Source of the DNA: an uncultured Spartobacteria bacterium
GTDB lineage: Bacteria; Verrucomicrobiota; Verrucomicrobiia; Chthoniobacterales; Chthoniobacteraceae
Length of the DNA: 64,000 nucleotides
Direction: 5' to 3'
NCBI GenBank assembly: GCA_903901425.1
Contig: CAIURC010000078.1
Location: forward strand, 29,828-93,827
The notes below the pieces were generated by a model, which was not told where the DNA came from, searched no databases, and was given only the letters and a program-made list of their open reading frames with translations. Shown piece by piece: positions 53,974 through 61,871 of the stretch (within the stretch, counting starts at the first letter, position 1; the number at the start of each line of letters is the position of its first letter). Made by a program: the position numbers and the translations under genes.

Positions 53974-54203
53974 TCGTTTCCAGTGGCGTGAACTCGATTC
54001 CGGTTGCCGGCCAGAAAACATCCGGTTCCCCCGGCCACATTCGGAGGGCGGAACGTAGCGGTGGTTTCACCCGGCGCAAATCCGAAAGCGCAGTCTAGTC
54101 GCAGGACAGAGCGGTTGTCGCATGAAAGTTGAGGACGTCCCGAGGAAAAGCGCGTTCTGAACTGTTGGCGCAACTCTCCGGCGCCCACAGGGTTGAATCC
54201 CGT

Positions 54204-55199
54204 ATGCAATCGCCGTTCTTTCCCCGTTCACTGGCCCGCCGCATGGATGCCCGTTCCTGGTTTGCTCGGATGATTCTGAGCGCGGCGCTTCTGCTGGGAT
54301 CCGGGGCGGAGTTCTGGGCGGCGCCTCCAAAGAAGGACAACTCGGACGACATGTGGGTGGCCGCGGTGGAAGGGGTAAAGCTCCCGCAAAACGTGACCCA
54401 CCACACGCTTGAAAGCCCATCCATGAAAAGGATGGTGGGTTATTGCGTCTATCTGCCGCCGGGTTATTCCGAACACCCGGACCGCCGCTACCCCGTGATT
54501 TACCACTTGCACGGAGCAGGCGGGAACGAACTGCGGATGCTGTATTCCGCGGAGGTCTTGCACGAAGGAATTCTCCACGGGAAATGGCCGGAAATGATCG
54601 TTGTTTTTCCCAACGGAGGCCGGGCAACGATGTACCAAGATTCTGGGGACGGCCGGTACATGGCGGAGACACTGATCGTGCGGGAGTTGATCCCGCACAT
54701 TGACGCTACGTACCGGACGATTGCGGACCGGAAAGCCCGGTGCATCGAGGGGTTCAGCATGGGCGGCCGCGGGTCGACCCATCTGGCCATGCGGTATCCG
54801 GAATTCTTCGGATCGCTGTTCAACCAAAGCGGCAACGTTTACCATGTGTCGGACGTCTCCAAGGCGCCGAATCCCTACCTCGGTTCGGACCCGGCCCGGC
54901 TCCAGGCCAATGACCCGTACCTGAACCTGCAGAAGAATCTGGAGTTCATCCGGGCGAATCTCCGGATTCAGGTAGCCTGCGGAACGGCGGACCCGGAGCA
55001 CATTGTGACGGTGCGGGAATACCACCAAGCCCTGCTGGCTGCAGGTATTGAGCACGCCTACTTTGAGGCGGAAGGTGTGGCCCATGTGCAGAAGGACCTG
55101 ATCGCGACCCGGAAAGAGACGTGGTTCGATTTCCACACCGAGTCGCTCCTCAAAAACCAGGTCCCTCTCTTTTTCCGGAACCCGAAGTCGACGCCGTGA
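54204..55199 (+). CDS. secreted alpha/beta-hydrolase esterase (paralog-like of 34909..35928)
   Basis: ATG at 54204. 'RYPVIYHLHGAGGN', 'EGFSMGGRGS', 'EAEGVAHV'. Confidence 0.8.
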   Translation: MQSPFFPRSLARRMDARSWFARMILSAALLLGSGAEFWAAPPKKDNSDDMWVAAVEGVKLPQNVTHHTLESPSMKRMVGYCVYLPPGYSEHPDRRYPVIYHLHGAGGNELRMLYSAEVLHEGILHGKWPEMIVVFPNGGRATMYQDSGDGRYMAETLIVRELIPHIDATYRTIADRKARCIEGFSMGGRGSTHLAMRYPEFFGSLFNQSGNVYHVSDVSKAPNPYLGSDPARLQANDPYLNLQKNLEFIRANLRIQVACGTADPEHIVTVREYHQALLAAGIEHAYFEAEGVAHVQKDLIATRKETWFDFHTESLLKNQVPLFFRNPKSTP

Positions 55200-55457
55200 C
55201 CTGATTCTGCCGCCTGCACTGGTTGTGTTGGGTTGTGCCGGTTGCAGAGCTTTGTTCATTGGAAAACCCTCCTGGCTCGGGCCAGGCCCCATCGTTTAAG
55301 CTAAATAAGTTATAAAATAGGTATTTTATGGGTGCGCTGTGCTCCGCGGACAGGGAAAAATATCATCGTGGGAGTGCTGAGGGGATTTCGGATTTCGAAG
55401 GTTGCTGGGGAATGACGGCGTGTGACAACAATCCGGATCACCATTTGAACCGATTGG

Positions 55458-58400
55458 ATGTCCGCGCTTTCAGGGTATCGTCTTGAACGTCTGCTTTACA
55501 AAAGCACTGGTACGCTTGTGTGGCACGCGTCTGTGGCGGAGACCGGAGCTGCTGCGGTGGTGAAGCAACTCCGCTCTGACCGGGTAACCCCGATTCAGGC
55601 TGCGCGGTTCCGTGCGGAATACATTCTTGGGAGGGAACTGGCGGATGTGGATGGGCTATTGACCGCAGAGCGTTTGATCGCGGAGCCCGACTGCTGTGCG
55701 ATTGTTTACCCGCATTTTCCAGGAGAAACGCCGCGGTCTGCAACGGTCGTGGGCCAGGACGGGTGGGGACGGTTTCTGGGGTTTGCGATCCAGCTCACAC
55801 GTGTGCTTGGGAGATTGCACCGGCGGCGTGTGATTCATCGCGACATCAAGCCGGGAAACCTGCTTTTTAACCCCGCAACGGAGGAGTTGAGGGTGATCGA
55901 TTTTGGGATTGCGACCCGTCTTTCCAGCGACCTTCAGGCGCCGGTGCAGCCTGAGGAACTGGAGGGAACGCTGGAGTACATGGCGCCTGAACAGACCGGG
56001 CGAATGAACCGCCAGACGGATTACCGGGCGGATTATTACGCGCTGGGCGTGACGCTTTACGAGATCCTCACGGGCCAGCTCCCGTTCATGTCGGCAGACC
56101 CTTTGGAAATCATTCATTCCCATCTTGCCCGGGTTCCGCAGTCGCCGGCCGAGATCTGTCCCTCCATCCCCGGGCCACTTTGCCGGATTGTGTTGCGGCT
56201 TTTGGAAAAGATGCCGGAGGCGCGATACCAGAGCAGTGGTGGGATTTTGGAGGATTTGGAGGCGTGTGCGGCGGCATGGGCATCGGAGGGGGAAATTCCG
56301 GAATCGCTTCCGCTGTCTCGGGGTGGGGGCAGTGAGATCCTCGCGATTCCAACGCGTCTTTATGGTCGGGAAAAAGAGGCAAGCCTGTTGGCGAGAGCGT
56401 TTGCGCATGCGAGCCAGGGGGTTCCGTCGCTGCTGCTGCTCAGTGGACCGGCGGGCATTGGCAAGTCGGCGCTGGTCCATGAGTTGGACCGGAGTGTGTT
56501 CGTGAATCACGGGTGGTTCCTGTCCGGGAAGTTTGAACAACTGCGTCAGGACAGGCCATTTGGGGCGCTGAGCGAGGCGTTCGACGGGTTGGTCCGTGAA
56601 ATCCTCGCGCTCCCCGAGAACGCGCTGAAAGGGTGGCGGGAGGAGTTTGGTGCTGCGCTGGGACAGATGGGTGCGGTGCTCACGCCGTTGGTGCCGGGAC
56701 TGGAGGCCCTGCTGGGGCCCCAGCCCGCCGTGCCGGAACTTCCGCCGGGCCAGACGCTCGAGCGCCAGAACGAGTTGCTTCTTCGGTCGATCGCTGCCCT
56801 GCCCAAGGCTTCGCGGCCTGTTGTGCTGTTTCTGGATGACTGGCAGTGGGCAGATAGCGCATCCCAGAACTGGCTCGAGACGATGGTTGCAGCCGAAATC
56901 CCGCATCTGCTCCTGATCGTGGCATGGCGGGACGACGAAGTGCCAGCAGCGCACCCGTTTGCAAGCCGGGTCACAAAGCTGCTCCAAATCAAGGCCGATG
57001 CCCATGTGCTCCAACTGTCGCCTCTTTCTCCGCGACACGCGGCTGAATTCCTTCAGGACACGCTCCGGTCTGCGGACCCGGCCCTGGGTGAACTGGCCAG
57101 GATTTTTGTCGGAAAAACCCACGGCAACCCTTTTTACATACGTCAGTTGCTGCAGGCGCTGGATCTTGCGGGTGCAATCCAGTGGGAACCCGGGAAGGGC
57201 GGATGGCGGATCGATCCGGCCACCGTGGAGCGGATGGTGCTCACAGAGAATGTGGTCGATCTCTTGGTGACACGGCTCCGGCAGTTTCCCGAGGAGGTCA
57301 GTCTTCCCCTGCGAGTTGCGGCCGCGATTGGGACAGAGTTTGACCTCGCTCTCCTGAGCAAGACCTGCGGTCAGGCGCATCCGGAGTTGCTCCGGAACTT
57401 GGCGCTTCTCAGAGCCGAGAACTATGTGTTGCCCCACGACCGGTTTACCAAGGAGTTGCTGGCGGCCTCAGAAGCGCTGGATGCAGGGGCCGATGTGGAC
57501 CTTGGTGTGGCACGGTTCCGGTTTTCACATGACCGGATTCAGCAGGCCGCATATGAACTGGTGCCCGAGGAGGAAAGACCGCGGATCCACCTGAGTCTTG
57601 CACGGCATCTTGCGAGCAGGCCTGAGCAGCCGGGGCAGGGTGGGCTCTTCGAGGTGGCGGGTCATTACGCACAGGCAACGGCCCTTGTGGAGGAGGCCGG
57701 GGAACGCAGTCTCGCCCAACGCATTCTGATCCGTGCGGCGAAAGCTGCCCGCACGGCCGGTTCACCCGATGTTGCACTGCGCTACTTGGATGCAGCAAAG
57801 AATTTGCCATCCATCGGAGGGCGGGATGCCGTGCAGCGCTTTGCTGCCGAACTCTTGAGAGAACGCGGGATCGCGTCTGCACTACTCGGACGGCAGTCTG
57901 AGGCGGATGCCGCATTCCAGGAGTTACTTGGGTCGGGCGGCGACCGTGAAACAAAGGCGGATGTGCACCACTGGCAGATCTCGCTTGCGCTGAGTCGGGG
58001 GGACTTTCGGTCTGCGGTGACGGCTGCCTTGGAGGGCATCCAGTTGTTCTGCCCACCGATTCCCCGGAAGCCTGGGTTACTTCGGGTCGTGTGGGCGATG
58101 CTCAAGGTCAAGAGACGGCTGCGCGGACTGGATCCCGAACGGTTGCTGGACCTACCGAGGATGACCGACCCAGGCGGGCTCTGGATGCTGCGCCTACTGA
58201 CGCGGGGCAACACCGGTTTCCTTTTCGAGGATTCAATGCTGTACGCACTTGTGAACATCCGCCTTTTTGAGGCAACCCTCCGGCATGGCCTTGCGCCGGA
58301 GTCTGCAGGCAGCATCGCGGCGTGGGCCATCCTCCTTTGCACGGCCATGAACGATCCCGTCAGCGCCGCTCAATTTGTACGGGTGTCGATCCAGCATGCG

Positions 58401-60797
58401 GAAGCGTCTGGCGACCCGGAGCAGCGTTGTCTCTGCTATATGACGCAGGGCGGGATCATTGGGCACTGGCGCAACCCCTTGGCGGAGAGCCGTCCATGGA
58501 TCGAAAAAGCGATCCAAGCCAGTATGGAGTGCGGCCTTGTGGAATACACGGGTTACTGCCATTCGCACCTTTGTTTCCACAGTGCGTTTGAAGGCCGGCC
58601 CCCGGGGGAATGCATTCGACAGGCCGAGACGCTCCGTGCCCACGCCGCCAAGCATCGGCTGGAAGACGTTGTCCTCAACATGCTTGCGCTCCGGCAGTTT
58701 TCGAAGGCTCTGCTCGGAGAAACAGAATCCCCGACCAGCCTGAGCGACGAATCCATCCGTCACAACGACGTTGCACAGCAGGCACGCCATTTCCGGGCAA
58801 AAATTCCGGTGCAGTTTCTGAACCTCTGCGAGGGGCGTCTTCTGTTGTATGACGGGCGCCCGGAGGAGGCGTTCCGGATCCTTCACGGGAACGTGGCCTA
58901 CGATGCGGAATGTGTTGGCATGACCCAAATCCCGGACAACGCCTTTTACCTCGGGCTGGCTGCGGCTGGGGTTGCGGCGCGAGACCCACGTCGGGCCGGA
59001 TTCATGCGCAGGGTGCTCCACCGGCAGGTCCGGCGGTTTGAACGGTGGACTGGGTGGTGTGAGCCCAATTTTCTTGCGCGTCACCTCCTGTTGCAGGGTG
59101 CGCTTCTAGAGCTCCGTGGAAAGCCGTTTGAAGCCGTCCGGTTTTATGAGAGATCGAACGAATCGGCTCGGAGGCAGGGGCACTGGCACATCGCAGCGCT
59201 CGCGGCAGAGCGGTCGGCCCGGCTGGCACTTTTGCACGGGCATCCCCAGTCCTCAACGGCAGCGCTCCGCGAGATGCACAGCGCGTTATCTCACTGGGGT
59301 GCCAGTGCGCTCCTTGACAGGCTGGAGCGCGAATTCCCCTTCCTTGCGCTCGAGAAAGATCCGTACCTGTCCGAGGGTCCCTTCCCTGCCCTTGGGCGTG
59401 TCGGGACGCGGGGGGGAGCAGCGTCGACCTCGGCAGCTTCGCATCAGCTGGATCTCGGATCCCTGATCAAGTCCACCCAGGCGCTTTCTGGCGAGATTGA
59501 ACAGGCCAGGCTTGTGGACCGTATGTTGCAGATCGTACTCGAGAACGCCGGAGCAACCCGGGGCGTCCTTTTGCTCGCGGATGCAGAGGGCCTGCTCCGG
59601 TTCGAGGCAGAGTCGATTGGTGCAGGAGCGACGCATCCGCTCGGATCTGTTGCACTTGACGCTGCGAACGGACCCGCTGTGAGCCGGGCCGCCATCACGC
59701 TGGCTGTCCGGCAACGAGTCCCGCTGATCCTGCACAACACCCGGGACTGCCGAGAACTGGCCGGGGACGACTATCTCCGGTCAAAACCGCCGGGGGCGCT
59801 CCTTGTGCTTCCCTTACTCCAGCGGGTGAAGCTGCTTGGGGCGCTCTACTTGGAGAACAGCCTGACCACCCACGCCTTCACCCCCTCACGGGTGGGCTTT
59901 CTCACCTCGCTCGCATCCCAGATCGCGATTTCCCTCGAAAACGCCCGCCTCTACGCCGGGCTCAGCGAACTGAATCACGCCTACGAAAGGTTTGTCCCGA
60001 AACAGTTCCTGTCCCTGCTCGGCAAACGGCGGATCACCCAGGTCCGCGCGGGAGACAGCACCGAGCGCGAAATGACCGTACTTTTCAGTGACATCCGGGG
60101 ATTCACTGCCTTGTCAGAGGCGCTTTCGCCAGCGCAGACCTTTGACTTCATCAACAAATATCTTCGGTGCGTCACTGGCCCCATCCGGGACCGGGGTGGA
60201 TTCGTCGACAAGTACATTGGGGATGGCATCATGGCTCTTTTCGCGGATGCCCCGGACCGTGCGCTACACGCGGCGGTCGAGATGCTTCATGCGCTCAGGG
60301 ATTACAATTACGACCGGGCTGCCGCCGCGCCCGGAACGCCCCCCATCCGGATCGGGATCGGCATCAACACCGGCGAACTCATGCTGGGAACGCTTGGAAA
60401 CGAAGAGCGCATGGACGGCACCGTGATTTCCGACGCCGTCAATCTTGCCTCCCGGCTGGAGAGCCTCAACAAGGGCTACGAAACCACCGTTCTCATCAGC
60501 GAACATACCCGGCAGCGCCTGGAGCGGCCTGCGGATTTTTACATCCGCCGGATCGACCGGGTCCGGGTCAGGGGAAAGGTCCAGCCGGTCACGATCTACG
60601 AGGTTTTTGACGCCGACCCGCCTCATGTCCTGCGGTTGAAGGCCGAAACCGTGGAGGCATTTGAACAGGGTATCGATGCGTATCAACGGCATGAAATAAG
60701 CTTGGCACGGTCGCTTTTTGAGGAAATTGTCGCGCACAATCCGGAGGACTGTTGCGCGCGAATGTACGCGGACCGTTGTGGTCGCGAAGCCGTGTGA
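55458..60797 (+). CDS. multidomain signalling protein: Ser/Thr kinase - AAA_16/STAND-type ATPase - helical repeats - GAF - class III adenylate/guanylate cyclase
   Basis: 'VVKQL', 'HRDIKPGN', 'DFG', 'YMAPEQ'; 'GPAGIGKSAL' plus 'VVLFLDDWQWAD'; GAF-like region ~59446..59960; cyclase 'VLFSDIRGFTALSE', 'VDKYIGDGIMALF', 'DAVNLASRLE'. Confidence 0.85.
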   Translation: MSALSGYRLERLLYKSTGTLVWHASVAETGAAAVVKQLRSDRVTPIQAARFRAEYILGRELADVDGLLTAERLIAEPDCCAIVYPHFPGETPRSATVVGQDGWGRFLGFAIQLTRVLGRLHRRRVIHRDIKPGNLLFNPATEELRVIDFGIATRLSSDLQAPVQPEELEGTLEYMAPEQTGRMNRQTDYRADYYALGVTLYEILTGQLPFMSADPLEIIHSHLARVPQSPAEICPSIPGPLCRIVLRLLEKMPEARYQSSGGILEDLEACAAAWASEGEIPESLPLSRGGGSEILAIPTRLYGREKEASLLARAFAHASQGVPSLLLLSGPAGIGKSALVHELDRSVFVNHGWFLSGKFEQLRQDRPFGALSEAFDGLVREILALPENALKGWREEFGAALGQMGAVLTPLVPGLEALLGPQPAVPELPPGQTLERQNELLLRSIAALPKASRPVVLFLDDWQWADSASQNWLETMVAAEIPHLLLIVAWRDDEVPAAHPFASRVTKLLQIKADAHVLQLSPLSPRHAAEFLQDTLRSADPALGELARIFVGKTHGNPFYIRQLLQALDLAGAIQWEPGKGGWRIDPATVERMVLTENVVDLLVTRLRQFPEEVSLPLRVAAAIGTEFDLALLSKTCGQAHPELLRNLALLRAENYVLPHDRFTKELLAASEALDAGADVDLGVARFRFSHDRIQQAAYELVPEEERPRIHLSLARHLASRPEQPGQGGLFEVAGHYAQATALVEEAGERSLAQRILIRAAKAARTAGSPDVALRYLDAAKNLPSIGGRDAVQRFAAELLRERGIASALLGRQSEADAAFQELLGSGGDRETKADVHHWQISLALSRGDFRSAVTAALEGIQLFCPPIPRKPGLLRVVWAMLKVKRRLRGLDPERLLDLPRMTDPGGLWMLRLLTRGNTGFLFEDSMLYALVNIRLFEATLRHGLAPESAGSIAAWAILLCTAMNDPVSAAQFVRVSIQHAEASGDPEQRCLCYMTQGGIIGHWRNPLAESRPWIEKAIQASMECGLVEYTGYCHSHLCFHSAFEGRPPGECIRQAETLRAHAAKHRLEDVVLNMLALRQFSKALLGETESPTSLSDESIRHNDVAQQARHFRAKIPVQFLNLCEGRLLLYDGRPEEAFRILHGNVAYDAECVGMTQIPDNAFYLGLAAAGVAARDPRRAGFMRRVLHRQVRRFERWTGWCEPNFLARHLLLQGALLELRGKPFEAVRFYERSNESARRQGHWHIAALAAERSARLALLHGHPQSSTAALREMHSALSHWGASALLDRLEREFPFLALEKDPYLSEGPFPALGRVGTRGGAASTSAASHQLDLGSLIKSTQALSGEIEQARLVDRMLQIVLENAGATRGVLLLADAEGLLRFEAESIGAGATHPLGSVALDAANGPAVSRAAITLAVRQRVPLILHNTRDCRELAGDDYLRSKPPGALLVLPLLQRVKLLGALYLENSLTTHAFTPSRVGFLTSLASQIAISLENARLYAGLSELNHAYERFVPKQFLSLLGKRRITQVRAGDSTEREMTVLFSDIRGFTALSEALSPAQTFDFINKYLRCVTGPIRDRGGFVDKYIGDGIMALFADAPDRALHAAVEMLHALRDYNYDRAAAAPGTPPIRIGIGINTGELMLGTLGNEERMDGTVISDAVNLASRLESLNKGYETTVLISEHTRQRLERPADFYIRRIDRVRVRGKVQPVTIYEVFDADPPHVLRLKAETVEAFEQGIDAYQRHEISLARSLFEEIVAHNPEDCCARMYADRCGREAV

Positions 60798-60838
60798 GCA
60801 TCCGTGAGGTTTACAGCCCCGGCAAAGCCGAGATCCTG

Positions 60839-61837
60839 ATGGGAACATCCCAACCACCTGCACCCGGCCGCCCTTACATTGCGAGGGGGGGCGAACAGAC
60901 CTTCGGTTCCCCGTACGAGGCTACGGATGTCACATACCGCTATTTCGTCATTAAGGCTGATCTGGCCGCCCTCAAAGAAACCTGTGACCGCTACCTGTCC
61001 ACCCCCGCCAACCGAGCTCCAGCCTACCAGCCCGTCACGCCCTACATCCTCTTTACATACGGCACGTTTGGTTGCCTCCGGTCGCTTACGGTTCCAGATA
61101 GCCAGCGCGGTTTTGTGCAGGAAACCGAGTGCGCACTCTGGCTGTTTTGCGCACCGATAGAGGACCACGGGGGGAACCCCGTTGCCGTCCGCCTCACCGG
61201 ATTCTGCCCCTATCTTTTCGTCGATAACCAGTTTGCAATCGCGTCCGGTCGTGAAGTGTACGGATTCCCTAAACAGCATGCGGCGCTCCAGTTTCCGCAA
61301 GATCCGGAAACTGTGTTCCGTGTTTCCACCCTCGTATTTCCCTCTGTGGGTGATGGTGTGAGGGAGGAGGAGCGCGAGGTGCTTTCCATCCATCCAGCGG
61401 CGGATGCGGCGCAGCATCCCTCCGCACTGGTGGAAGCCTGGAAAACCGCCGAAGGCGCGTTCCGATTTCTGGCGGACACATTTCTCCACGGGCATGGGGG
61501 GACGCCTGAGCTTGGGATGCAGTTTCTCTTCGACACCTTCCAGCACTTCACTTCACAGAGCCTTCGGATTGCGCTGCTCAAACAGAGCCGGTCTCCGTTT
61601 CACCCGGACACGGCCGATCTGCAAATGATCCTTGAGGCTCCCATGAAGTTCACCGCGGTCAAGGGCTGGCGGTTACTTCCGCCAGGGTACACCGTTCAGG
61701 TCGCGGATTTTCCAAGCCACCCGATCGCAGCGGAGCTTGGGATTCAGGCGGGTGTGCCGGTCCAGACCGAACTCGCGTTCGAGTTGGAGTACGATTTTTT
61801 GCTCGAGCCGGCTCAGCGGATTGCGGGCAGCGAGTGA
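60839..61837 (+). CDS. acetoacetate decarboxylase (ADC)-fold family protein
   Basis: ATG at 60839 inside track ORF 60752..61837. 'FAIASGREVYGFPK' matches the conserved ADC-family strand with the Schiff-base Lys. Confidence 0.6.
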   Translation: MGTSQPPAPGRPYIARGGEQTFGSPYEATDVTYRYFVIKADLAALKETCDRYLSTPANRAPAYQPVTPYILFTYGTFGCLRSLTVPDSQRGFVQETECALWLFCAPIEDHGGNPVAVRLTGFCPYLFVDNQFAIASGREVYGFPKQHAALQFPQDPETVFRVSTLVFPSVGDGVREEEREVLSIHPAADAAQHPSALVEAWKTAEGAFRFLADTFLHGHGGTPELGMQFLFDTFQHFTSQSLRIALLKQSRSPFHPDTADLQMILEAPMKFTAVKGWRLLPPGYTVQVADFPSHPIAAELGIQAGVPVQTELAFELEYDFLLEPAQRIAGSE

Positions 61838-61871
61838 GCAGGGTGGGCGATACAGGGCCTGAATATTTGAT

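Noticed and set aside
55656-57437. 593-aa minus-strand ORF (and other antisense ORFs such as 26278..27912, 47274..48845, 36486..38087, 22465..23739, 43992..45758)
   Set aside because: All lie opposite genes with strong family motifs, and all have Arg/Pro/Gly-dominated translations.
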